From NCBI GenBank assembly GCA_965261345.1, contig OZ253449.1, forward strand, positions 1,024,001-1,088,000: a stretch of DNA of 64,000 nt, read 5' to 3'. Position numbers and translations under genes: made by a program. How positions within the stretch are numbered: position 1 is the stretch's first letter; each line of letters starts with the position of its first letter. Source of the DNA: Chloroflexota bacterium (GTDB lineage Bacteria; Chloroflexota; UBA11872; VXNJ01). The notes under the pieces are model-generated. The model made no database searches and was not told the DNA's origin. It was given only the letters and a program-made list of their open reading frames with translations. Shown here piece after piece: positions 29,449 through 39,110 of the stretch.

Positions 29449-30355
29449 GCGATTCATCTCCGCCGACCGGGTAACAACCAGTTTCGGCCCGGACAATTCC
29501 GTCGTCGCGGTCGTATCGCCGGGCGAGCGATTGCGGGTCCAGGTGCGCGATGCTTACGACGGTTTTTTTGATGGCGAATCGGATATCTCGAGCTTCCTGC
29601 AGGCCCGCAGCCCGGCGAAGATGAATCCGGCCACCGGCCCGCTACGAGTTGAGGGCGCCAATCCCGGCGACGCCCTGGCGGTGACCATCGAGGCCATCAA
29701 ACTGGGGCCGGTCGGATGGGTCGCAGCCACCCCGGATACCGGGATCGCCGGCGCGGTCGCGGTAGAGCCGGCGGTGTCGCGGTTTTTGGTACGGGGCGAC
29801 GGCCTCTACCTGGACGGGAAACTGCGCTTGCCATTGCGACCGATGTTGGGAACGATTGGGGTGGCGCCGGCCGATCGCACCGAGATTGCCCTGCAGCTTG
29901 GCGAGTACGGCGGCAATCTGGACATTAACGAGGTCGCTCCAGGGGCCACGATCCATCTGCCGGTCCAGGTGGCGGGGGCCCTGCTGGCCCTAGGCGACGT
30001 TCATGCGGCGATGGGTTACGGAGAGGCCCACTCGGGGGTCAATACCCCCGCAACGGTCGACCTTACAGTCGAATTGATCAGCCCCAACCCGCACCGCGGC
30101 ATCTGGATCGAATCCCCGACCGACCTGGTAACGGTAGGGGTAGCGGCCAGTCTGGACCGCGCGCTCGCCCAGGCCGCCGAGGAGATGGAAGAGCAATTGC
30201 AGGCGCGGTTGGGGATCTCGCCGGTGGCCGCCCGGATGCTTTCGGGGTCGACCGTTGATATGCGGCTGGGGCAGGCCGGCGGCTACGGCGTCAACGTTTC
30301 CGCCCAGGCGGTATTCCCGCGGCGAATCCTAGAAACTGGAAACGCGGGCAGCTAG
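29435..30355 (+). CDS. Acetamidase/formamidase family protein
   Basis: NPATGP..V.GA.PGD.L.V.I, GGNLD and GDVHA.MG.GE motifs. Confidence 0.88.
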   Translation: MPISRRFISADRVTTSFGPDNSVVAVVSPGERLRVQVRDAYDGFFDGESDISSFLQARSPAKMNPATGPLRVEGANPGDALAVTIEAIKLGPVGWVAATPDTGIAGAVAVEPAVSRFLVRGDGLYLDGKLRLPLRPMLGTIGVAPADRTEIALQLGEYGGNLDINEVAPGATIHLPVQVAGALLALGDVHAAMGYGEAHSGVNTPATVDLTVELISPNPHRGIWIESPTDLVTVGVAASLDRALAQAAEEMEEQLQARLGISPVAARMLSGSTVDMRLGQAGGYGVNVSAQAVFPRRILETGNAGS

Positions 30356-30951
30356 CCCACACTTTGCACGGACCCGTTCAACCGGCCGCTATCGGCCGCC
30401 AATTTCGGTTATCGGTTGCAGCCTGACCGACTGACGCTCGCCTGACCGGCTCCCCCGCCCCCGCTGTAAGCCGTTTGTAGGGTGATGGCCGGGCATTGGG
30501 CCCGGCTTCGCCGGGGATCTGAGCGCTTTACGCTGATCGCTGCGGGGCCGGCGCCGGCCCCGCGCTCAGGCTCCCGGGGCGCGCGCCTTTATCGGGGTCC
30601 GGCGCATGAGCCGGGCCAGTATTTGCGCGAACTCGTCCTGGTACGGATAGGCGGAAGAGAACTCCAGCAGGATCCGGCGGGTGCTCTGCCTTACCCGCAC
30701 CGCCACCTTCAGGTAGCGCCGGCGGATGGTTCCCGCCAGCGGCCGCGGCGACGGGGTCGGTCGATCGGGCTCGCGATCCTGCCCGGCCGCGGCGGGATCG
30801 TCTATTCCCAGTCGCCGCAGGGCGGAGCAGAGCACGTAGGCAAGACCGGAGAAGTAAAGCCTGATCTGGTTGGCCATGAACCTCGAGGCGCTGGCGCGGT
30901 CGGCATGGAGCTGCAACTGCTCGTAGATCCGGTTTTCGCAATCGCCGCGGG

Positions 30952-31260
30952 TCCACCCCGTCAACTGCGGGTGATATACGTCCCGCCACAGTCAGCATCC
31001 GCGTAATCCACCCCTACCACCCCTTGTACGGCAGGCGCTACCGGGTCATTAACGTCGCCGCCGGCTGGGGCCGGGAGAGGATCTTCTGCCACGACGGGGA
31101 CCGCCGCGTCGTCACCTTCCCGGTCGGATTTACCGACTACCTGCCCCGGGACCCGTTCGTTGTCGCCGCCGGGGGCCGATCGCCGTTCCGGGCCCGGGAT
31201 CTGCTGGAGCTTGCCGAGTTTGTCGAGAGCCTTGCCAAAGATGCTGGAGACGTAAAGTGA
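30952..31260 (+). CDS. DUF5372/Y4bD-like small protein lacking a standard start codon upstream of its conserved motif in the integrated state
   Basis: IHPYHPLYGRR...P..FTD....DPFVVAAGGRSPFR..DLL.LA; the frame is open back to the left junction with no ATG. Family assignment is from motif recall. Confidence 0.7.
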   Translation, partial: STPSTAGDIRPATVSIRVIHPYHPLYGRRYRVINVAAGWGRERIFCHDGDRRVVTFPVGFTDYLPRDPFVVAAGGRSPFRARDLLELAEFVESLAKDAGDVK

Positions 31261-31389
31261 TTGGAGCCGCCGCTGTAAACGTAATTACGACCGTAGCCTA
31301 CATCCTGACTGCGATTAACAGGATGTTGCTACAGATGGTAGTACGCATTGCGGAGGCCGAACGGTGCCGACCAAAGGGCCGTCAGGGCG

Positions 31390-31418
31390 TTGACAGATCC
31401 GATGGATGGGGCAACAAT
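31390..31418 (+). promoter_or_regulatory. Putative sigma70 promoter for the HTH-recombinase operon
   Basis: TTGACA - 17 nt - AACAAT, followed by GGAGGA RBS and ATG at 31451. Confidence 0.5.
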
Positions 31419-31450
31419 GGATTTGCATATTGCCCGCATGGAGGACTGCG

Positions 31451-31903
31451 ATGGCGACCGATGGCGAGAGCAAGCAGGAGGTCCTGCGGCGCAGCGGGGC
31501 GCTCAACCCCCACCCGGAACGGGTGCGCGACGATCTCTTCTGCGAGCATCCCTTCTTCGACCCCTGTGACCTGGTGCAGGTGCGCTACGAGATGCTTAGC
31601 CGGGTCTGCCGCGACGGGATGTCGATCGCCCAGAGCGCCAGGACCTTCGGGTTCACCCGCCCCACCTGGTACAAGGCCAGGCGGGCGTTCGCCGAGCGCG
31701 GCCTGGCCGGCCTTGTATCCGAGCGCCCCGGTCCGCGCCATGCCCGCAAGCTGGGGCCCGAGATCATGGAGTACCTGTTGGCGGTGCGGGCCGAGCGGCC
31801 CGGGATCGGGTCGCGGCGCCTGGTCGGGATGGTCGAGGAGCGCTTCGGCCTGTCGGTGCATAGGCGCAGCATCGAGCGGGCGCTGCGGCGGGCAAAAAAT
31901 TAA
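31451..31903 (+). CDS. Helix-turn-helix protein of the recombinase element
   Basis: G.LNPHPE.V.D.LF....FFDP.DLVQV.YEML, FGF.RPT.Y and GL.GL...RPGPR..RKL. Confidence 0.82.
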   Translation: MATDGESKQEVLRRSGALNPHPERVRDDLFCEHPFFDPCDLVQVRYEMLSRVCRDGMSIAQSARTFGFTRPTWYKARRAFAERGLAGLVSERPGPRHARKLGPEIMEYLLAVRAERPGIGSRRLVGMVEERFGLSVHRRSIERALRRAKN

Positions 31904-32170
31904 CCCGCCCGGATCTGGATCCGGGCGCTGCCCCAACCACCGCGACCGCGACCTACGAGCGCCTGCGGCGCCAGGCGCTATGGCCCGACGGGGCCGCCGA
32001 CTGGCGCCGGATGGAGCAGGTGGGCCGGGGCGGACTGGCGGCCCTGCTTGCCAACGACGGCTGCGAACCGACCCTCCGCCGGGACCCGGTGGCAGCGCCG
32101 CCGGGCGCTGCGGCGGAGATCGTGGACGTCCTGCTGGAACTGGTGACCGCGCCCCGGTCGGGGCGGTCCG

Positions 32171-34237
32171 ATGACCGATCAGACCCGCGGCAAGGTGACC
32201 GCCGACCACCTCGACCGCATGGCGTACCTGTACGTGCGCCAGTCCAGCCTGCGGCAGGTGGTAGAGCATGGCGAGAGCACCCGCCGCCAGTACGACCTGC
32301 GGGGTCGGGCCATCTCCCTGGGCTGGGATGCCGACCGGATATGCGTGATTGACTCCGACCTTGGGCGTTCGGGGGCCGACTCGGACCGCGAAGGCTTCCG
32401 ACGCCTGGTTACCGAGGTGTCCCTGGGCAACGTCGGGATGGTGCTGGGGCTGGAAGTCTCGCGCCTGGCGCGCAATAACGCCGACTGGCAGCGCCTGCTG
32501 GAGCTGTGCGCGCAGTCGGACACCCTGATCCTGGACGAGGATGGGATATATGATCCGTCCAGCTTCAACGACCGCCTGCTGCTGGGCCTGAAGGGCACGA
32601 TGTCGGAAGCCGAGCTGCACGTTATGAAGTCCCGTCTGCGGGGTGGACTTCTGGCCAAGGCGCGGCGCGGCGAGCTCAAGATCGCGCTGCCGGTGGGATA
32701 CTGCTACGACCCTCTCGACCGCTGGGTGCCGGACCCCGACGCCCAGGTGCAGGAGACCCTGCGCACGTTCTTTGACGTCTTCCAGCGCAGCGGCTCGGCG
32801 CGGGCTGTGGTGGCGTACTTTAATGCGAACGGTCTGCTGATCCCGCTGCGGTCCCGCAAGGGCCCGGGCAAGGGCGAACTCTTCTGGAACAATCTCGATC
32901 ACGGCCGTGCGCTGTCGATCCTGCACAACCCCGGTTACGCCGGGGTTTACGCCTACGGACGCACCCAGCGGCGGCGGCGCGGCGGCAGCCGCCGGTCAGC
33001 CAAGGCGCCGCGCAGCGAGTGGATCGCCCTGATCAAGGACCACCATCCCGGCTACATTTCCTGGGAGCGATTCGAGGCCAACCAGGCCCAGCTGGCGCGC
33101 TCGGCCAGGGCCCATGGCGCCGACCGCCGCCAGGGACCGGCGCGCGAGGGGACGGCCCTTCTGCAGGGGGTGGCCATCTGCGGGAAATGCGGGAACCACC
33201 TGCAGACGCGCTACGACGGCTCCCGCACCAGGCCCCGCTACGTATGTCACCGCGACGGGATCGCCAACGCCAGACCGATCTGCCTCTCGATTGCCGGCGC
33301 GGGGATCGACCGGGCCGTAGCCGATCTGGCTCTCGAACTGATGACTCCGCAGGTACTGCAACTGGCGCTTGGCGTACAGGACGAACTGGAGCGCCGCCTC
33401 AGGGAGGCCGACGGCCTGCGGTCCCGGGCCGTGCAGCGCGTCCGCGAGGCGGCCGATCTGGCCGGCCGCCGCTACCGATTGGCCGATCCGCACAACCGCA
33501 TGGTCGCCGACGTGCTGGAGGCCGAGTGGAACGCCTGCCTGCAGCGCCTCGAGCAGGCGGGCGCTGAGTACGAGCGCCGGCGCGAGCAGGATCGGCAACG
33601 GTTCGACAGTCAGCAGCAGCGGCGGATCGCCGAACTTGCGACCAACTTCCCCAGGGTGTGGAACGATCCCGGGACCCCGGCCCGGGAGCGCAAGCGCATG
33701 CTGCGGCTGCTGGTCGAGGACGTTACGGTGTCAAGGGGCCAGGAGGAGATCAGGCTGGGAGTGCGTCTGCGCGGCGGGGTCGCCCGCGAGCTGACCGCGC
33801 CCCTGCCGATGTCGGGCGCCCAGCTGTACCGCACCCCGGTCGAGACCGTCGCCCTGGTCGACGAAGCGCTTGAAGGCCACACGATCGGCGCGATCGTGGA
33901 GATCCTGCGGCAGCGCGATCACCGCCCGCCGCGGGGCGCGCGCTACACCCGCACCGCCGTGCAGGCCATGATCTACGCCCACGGGCTGCGCACGCGCTAC
34001 CAGCGTTTGCGCGATCGGGGCCTGCTTAGCGTGTACGAGGTCGCCGGGCGGCTTGGGATATCTGAGAGCGGAGTCCGCGACCGGCGGCGGCGCGGGCTGC
34101 TGGTGGGCCATCTGGCCGACGACAAGGGCGTGCGTCTTTACGAATGGCCGCCGGGCGGGGCCGGTTCATCTCATGCCGCCGGGGGGACCGCCGACGAACT
34201 GTCGCAAGTTAGCAATGAGGCGCAGTATGCAACCTGA
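32171..34237 (+). CDS. Large serine recombinase (resolvase + recombinase + Zn ribbon domains)
   Basis: AYLYVRQSS, D.DLG.SG, EVSRLARN, LHNPGYAG.Y.YG, HPGYISWE and CGKCG motifs. Confidence 0.93.
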   Translation: MTDQTRGKVTADHLDRMAYLYVRQSSLRQVVEHGESTRRQYDLRGRAISLGWDADRICVIDSDLGRSGADSDREGFRRLVTEVSLGNVGMVLGLEVSRLARNNADWQRLLELCAQSDTLILDEDGIYDPSSFNDRLLLGLKGTMSEAELHVMKSRLRGGLLAKARRGELKIALPVGYCYDPLDRWVPDPDAQVQETLRTFFDVFQRSGSARAVVAYFNANGLLIPLRSRKGPGKGELFWNNLDHGRALSILHNPGYAGVYAYGRTQRRRRGGSRRSAKAPRSEWIALIKDHHPGYISWERFEANQAQLARSARAHGADRRQGPAREGTALLQGVAICGKCGNHLQTRYDGSRTRPRYVCHRDGIANARPICLSIAGAGIDRAVADLALELMTPQVLQLALGVQDELERRLREADGLRSRAVQRVREAADLAGRRYRLADPHNRMVADVLEAEWNACLQRLEQAGAEYERRREQDRQRFDSQQQRRIAELATNFPRVWNDPGTPARERKRMLRLLVEDVTVSRGQEEIRLGVRLRGGVARELTAPLPMSGAQLYRTPVETVALVDEALEGHTIGAIVEILRQRDHRPPRGARYTRTAVQAMIYAHGLRTRYQRLRDRGLLSVYEVAGRLGISESGVRDRRRRGLLVGHLADDKGVRLYEWPPGGAGSSHAAGGTADELSQVSNEAQYAT

Positions 34238-35594
34238 TCCCGCGGACAGTATTCCAGTTCGTACAGGTCGCGTCCCGCTACCTGCTCGGTCGGCAGGCTG
34301 GTTACGACGAAGCGGGCGTTGGGCCGCGGCGGCCGGGGCGCGCCGTCCCGGCCGGTATGCCCGGGCAGGTACTCGGCCTTGCCCACCACCCGTCGGGTCC
34401 TGGACCAGGTCCCGGCAAGGGTCTGGTGGGTAAAGCCGCGGAAGCGCCGCGAGGGCTCCCCGCTTGCAAGGCAGCGCCGCCGCGAGCGCTCGAGCGGGCG
34501 GGCGATCTTTTTCTCCAGGCGCGGGTTGCGCGCCAGGCCGAAGAGGTAGTCGATCCCCTCCCGTTCGCACCAGGTCATGATCGGATCGCGGCCAAAGCCC
34601 GAGTCGCCGCGCAATACGATCTGCGTTTCGGGCCAGGCGGAGCGGATCTTCTCTACCAGCGGCGCGATCTCGGACACCGCATCCGACCCCGGGGCGCTAT
34701 CGGAGGGGCGCAGGCGGCAAAGCAGCAGATGCTCGCCGCAAAACACGTACAGCGGTAGATAGCAATAGGAGTCGTAATACCCGTGGAAGAACCGTCCTTC
34801 TTGCTTGCCGTGCAGCTTCACGTCGGTGGCGTCCACGTCCAGGACGATGCGCGCCGGGGGAGCGGGATGAGATTCCAGGAAGACTTCGACCAGTAGGTCG
34901 TCCAGCTGAGCGAAGTTGGCCGCGATCCGGCGGTAGCGGTCCTTGGACGCTTCATCGGGACGCGAGTTCTCCAGGCGGCACAGCGTCGCCGCCGATCCGA
35001 GTGCCGAACCGTCGCTGCGCTCCAGCAGCATTCCCAGCAGCGGATCGCTGCGCAGGCGGTTGTGATCTACAAGGTCCTCGTAACCGCCGCAGATCCCGTA
35101 CACACGCTGGCGCACCAGGTCCAGGACGGAGTGGACTACGTAGGCCGGGTTGCGGTGGTCGACAAAGCAGGCCGCCGCGCGCGCGAGCAGGTCGATGAGG
35201 TTATCTGCCTCGCGCAGCAGGGCAAGCCCGCCGTCGGCGGAGATATCGCCGCCATTGAAGTTGCCCACCATTCGGCGGCGGCCGAGCCGTGAGAACTCGA
35301 GCTGGACCGGGTTAGACTCTGCCATCAGAAACGCCCTGCGATGGTTTGTGTGTTGTAACCCAATTATCGTCGGGCGTCTCTGTTTTTAAGGAGTGGGGTG
35401 GTACCGAAGACCCGTCCGGCAGCGCCCTCAAGCGGTGGTGTCGGAGCCTGAATCGGCGCTCCCCGAGCCCGGGACCGCAATAGCACTCTGCGAACCGGCA
35501 AACGCCGCCGGATTGGGCTCGAACCAGCCCTGTCAGTCCCTGGGAGCGGTTGACTCCGGGGCAGCGTGGCGGCAAGGCTCGTGCAATATCCGGG

Positions 35595-37031
35595 CTAGCG
35601 CCAGGCCGCCCCCCAGGAACTGGCCTCGTAGTTGGAGCGGATGAGCCATTCGGTCATCACCTGGATCAGCTCCGATCGTTTTGCGCCGTGTTCAGGGTCG
35701 TGCCAGAGGTTTTCGAGCTCATCGGGGTCTTTGGTCAGGTCAAATAGCTGGCCGTGCGGTTGGTCGATAAAGTGCACCAGCTTCCATTGGCGCGATCGCA
35801 CCATCGTCATGTAGTCGGTGGTTAGGCCGACCCTGTCCCAGCGACCCATTTCCGAGAAAACGTATTCGCGACCGGCAAATTCACGGCCCTCCAGGGCCGG
35901 TACCAACGTCTGGGCCTCGAATGGATCGGGGAATTCGGCCCCGGCCAGGTCCAGGATCGTTCCCGCAAGATCGAACCATTCAATCTGCTCAGCCACCCGG
36001 CGCCCGCCCGCGAAGCGATCGGGCGCCCATACCAGCGCCGGAACGCGCGTGACCGAATCGTACATCGTCCATTTCTGCGAACTGAAATGGTCGGTTAGGG
36101 TATCGCCATGGTCGGAGGTGAAGATGATCACCGAGTTGTCCAGCAGCCCCCGATCGGCCAAAGCCTGCCGAATTCGTCCGATCTGGGCGTCGATGAGCGA
36201 GACATTGGCCATGTAGTAACGCCGCTGGTGCTGGCGTTGGGCCTCGGTGGGATTGGGCAACAGTTTGGTCGAATCGCCCGGCGTCCGGTTTTGGTGAGAA
36301 GCCATATCCCTAAACACCGGCGGTTGTGAACCTCGCTCACTTTCGTTTAGCGGAACCAGCGGGAATTTCGTATCGGCATAGCGGTCAATCCAGTCCGGTG
36401 TCGGGTCATAGGGCGGATGGGGTCCCGGAAATCCGATTTCGAGGAACAGCGGTTGATCGGAATCATAGCGGCCGATCCAATCGACGGCCATCCGGCCGAG
36501 GAAATTGTCGGGGTGCCAATCGGGGTCCTTCTCCCAGGGAAAAGCGCCCAGCGAAGTTTCAAAGTCTTCGCGTGCGTGCAGGTCGGTCTCGTGATATTTG
36601 TCTATTCCATGGGCTGCCATGGCCTTTTCCCACTCGTCGCGGTAACCGCCGGCAACTCGTCCCCGCTGCTTGTTTTCAACGTTGTAACGGTAGTCGAACT
36701 GCCCCTGCACGTCGAACGGGGTAAAGTGCATCTTCCCGATGCTGGCGGTGAAATAGCCGGCCCGGGCCAGATTCGGCACCCAGGTCTGCGACCATGGTTG
36801 CTCGTTGCGCAGCATCCCGGTGGTGTGCGGATAGCAACCGGTGAAGAAGGCACAGCGCGCCGGTCCGCAGGAGGGCGCATTGACGTGGCAATCATCAAAC
36901 GAGATTCCCTCGCGGACGAGGCGATCAAGGTGGGGGGTTTTGAGGTGATCAAAGCCCAGCGCGGCGATCGTGTCGTAGCGCTGCTGGTCGGTGATGATCA
37001 GGATGATATTGGGGCGGTCAACCGTAGGCAC
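35595..37031 (-). CDS. Sulfatase (Cys-type)
   Basis: PNI.LI.TDQQR, CGPAR (CxPxR), GKMH, PHPPYDP and TSDHG motifs. Confidence 0.92.
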   Translation of the reverse strand: MPTVDRPNIILIITDQQRYDTIAALGFDHLKTPHLDRLVREGISFDDCHVNAPSCGPARCAFFTGCYPHTTGMLRNEQPWSQTWVPNLARAGYFTASIGKMHFTPFDVQGQFDYRYNVENKQRGRVAGGYRDEWEKAMAAHGIDKYHETDLHAREDFETSLGAFPWEKDPDWHPDNFLGRMAVDWIGRYDSDQPLFLEIGFPGPHPPYDPTPDWIDRYADTKFPLVPLNESERGSQPPVFRDMASHQNRTPGDSTKLLPNPTEAQRQHQRRYYMANVSLIDAQIGRIRQALADRGLLDNSVIIFTSDHGDTLTDHFSSQKWTMYDSVTRVPALVWAPDRFAGGRRVAEQIEWFDLAGTILDLAGAEFPDPFEAQTLVPALEGREFAGREYVFSEMGRWDRVGLTTDYMTMVRSRQWKLVHFIDQPHGQLFDLTKDPDELENLWHDPEHGAKRSELIQVMTEWLIRSNYEASSWGAAWR

Positions 37032-37341
37032 GGCGGAAATATCCAGTTTTGCTGGGCGTTCGCGTCGCCGCTATTGTCCGGTTAGCAACCACGCCGCCAG
37101 CCCGGGATCGCGCGGGGCTCGGATCGCAAAATCCACATTTGGTCGAGAGCGGCAATTGCCCTGGCGAATTAAACGCGCGCGCAGCCAATTTTTGGCGCAA
37201 CTTTTGGCGCAATGATCCGAAATGGTCAACCGGGGGACTGGAATATTTAAATTGCTAGTTTCCGGATCGGATCGATCCGCTAATTGGCTGCGGTGGTTTG
37301 ACCGATCTGAGTTAGCGGCGACCTCGGCAGGCGAACCCCGT

Positions 37342-38772
37342 CTACCGCCTGCCATCGGCGCAATGGCTGGTCCAATATATTGACTCGACAAGGAAAGTGC
37401 CTAGCGCCTCCATCAATTCGGCGCGGATCGAGCGGTGGTCCGGATCGGCCCACAGATTTATCAATTCCTCCGGGTCGTTTCGCAGATCAAACAACTGTCC
37501 ATCAGGCGGGCCCAAAAGGTGGACCAGCTTCCAGTCCCGCGACCGCACCATAGAAACGAAGTCGCACCCGAGTCCCACCACTTCCTCGCGGCCATGCTCG
37601 GAAAACACATAGTCGCGGCCCGCAAAATCCTCTCCTTGCAGCGCCGCGATCAAGGAGTCGGCCTCAAAGGCCTCCGGAAAATCGGCGCCGGCGATTTCGA
37701 GGATCGTTGCCCCTAGATCGAACCATTGGGTCAGGGCCTCGACCTTGCGCCCGCCGGAAAATCGCCCGGGCGCCCAGACAATCGCCGGGACCCGCGTGAC
37801 CGAGTCGTACATCGTCCACTTCTGCGAACAGAAGTGATCGGTGAGGGTGTCGCCGTGGTCGGAGGTAAAGATGATCACCGTGTCTTCAAGCAAGCCGCGA
37901 TCGGCAAGCGAGCGGCGGATCGCGCCAATTTGGGCGTCGATTAGCGAGATATTGGCCATGTAGAAACGGCGCTGGCGCTGGCGGTGGGCTTCGGCCGGGA
38001 AGGGCACGAACTTGATTGAGTCGTGGGCGACCTCGGCGTTGTGCTGGGCCATATCGCGCAGCAACTGCGGATGTTGGTCGCGTTCGGAGAATCGCAACGG
38101 GGTCAGCGCGAACTCGGTGTCCTCGTAGAGCTCCAACCAGTCCGGGGTTGGGTCATACGGCGGGTGCGGCCCAGGGAAACCGACGGTGAGAAAAAACGGT
38201 TTTTCCTGCTCGTAGTTTGCGACCCACTCGCACGCCGCCCGACCCAGGAAGTTGTCGGGGTGCATGTCGGGGTCCTTTTCCCAGGCGAAAGCTCCCAGCG
38301 CAATCCAGAAATCCGGGCGCTTTTCAAGGTCTTCGCGCTGGTACTTGGTCATCCCGCGATCGGCCAGCGCCTTGTCCCATTCATCCCGGTAGGCGCGCCA
38401 TTGACGAAAACGCTGTTTGTTCTCGACGTTGAAACGGTAATCAAACTGACCGGAAGCGTCAAACGGCGTAAAGTGCATCTTGCCTACGTTGGCGGTGTGA
38501 TAGCCGGCCCGGGCGATATTGGGAACCCAGGTCTCCTGCCAAGGGTCGCCGTTACGCAGCATTCCGGATGTATGCGGCCACCTTCCGCTAAAGAGGCTGC
38601 AGCGGGCCGGCCCGCATGCTGGGGCATTGACGAAACAGTTGGAAAGCGTAACGCCCTCGGCGACCAGCTGGTCCAGGTGCGGTGTTTGGGCGTAGTCGTA
38701 GCCGAGCGCGGCAATCGTATCGAAGCGCTGCTGATCGGTAATGATTAGGACGATGTTGGGGCGATCTTGCAT
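37342..38772 (-). CDS. Sulfatase (Cys-type), paralog of the adjacent gene
   Basis: Same motifs; start set at MQDRPNIV by alignment with the paralog. Confidence 0.9.
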   Translation of the reverse strand: MQDRPNIVLIITDQQRFDTIAALGYDYAQTPHLDQLVAEGVTLSNCFVNAPACGPARCSLFSGRWPHTSGMLRNGDPWQETWVPNIARAGYHTANVGKMHFTPFDASGQFDYRFNVENKQRFRQWRAYRDEWDKALADRGMTKYQREDLEKRPDFWIALGAFAWEKDPDMHPDNFLGRAACEWVANYEQEKPFFLTVGFPGPHPPYDPTPDWLELYEDTEFALTPLRFSERDQHPQLLRDMAQHNAEVAHDSIKFVPFPAEAHRQRQRRFYMANISLIDAQIGAIRRSLADRGLLEDTVIIFTSDHGDTLTDHFCSQKWTMYDSVTRVPAIVWAPGRFSGGRKVEALTQWFDLGATILEIAGADFPEAFEADSLIAALQGEDFAGRDYVFSEHGREEVVGLGCDFVSMVRSRDWKLVHLLGPPDGQLFDLRNDPEELINLWADPDHRSIRAELMEALGTFLVESIYWTSHCADGRR

Positions 38773-39110
38773 AGAACCGAGTTGCGGAATGCGGGGGAAC
38801 CGTGTTTGAACGATTTTGTCCTTGCGGGTCGGCGGAGTCGGCGCGCAGGCGGCCGGGCTAAATTCCCTCCCGCCGGTCGACCAACTTGTCCGATCGGCGC
38901 GCCCAACCCGTCTGTATTGGCCTGTCCGCGAGATTCCGGTCGGCGCCGGATTTCGACCGCTCCAGCCCACCACCATCCCGACGGCCAACTGCTGCCAAAA
39001 TCAACAAGGGGCAATCGCCCGGCGGGCCGTTCGTTAGCCGCGGTCGACACCCGCACCGGCTGCCCGTCTAACTTGAATTTGCCGCGAACAAACAGAAAGC
39101 GTTAACTGCC

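Larger units (their letters stand above)
30950..34240 (+). mobile_element. Large serine recombinase element (DUF5372 - HTH - recombinase)
   Basis: CG dinucleotide at both junctions (30948-49, 34241-42). Removing the element restores the IS1380 ORF as C-P-R-G-D-C. Symmetric CGCAGT/ACTGCG arms in the rejoined ends. Confidence 0.85.
30566..35325 (-). pseudogene. IS1380-family transposase split by the recombinase element
   Basis: N-part has F.GG.ISADGG, LDVDATD..LHG.QEG.FFHGYY and RGDSGF, ending LEYCP; C-part starts RGDCENRI.EQ...ANQ.RL. Confidence 0.9.
30356..35594 (-). mobile_element. IS1380-family IS (interrupted)
   Basis: Ends CCCACACTTTGCACG / rc CCCGGATATTGCACG, flanked by CTAG at 30352-30355 and 35595-35598. 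Confidence 0.82.
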
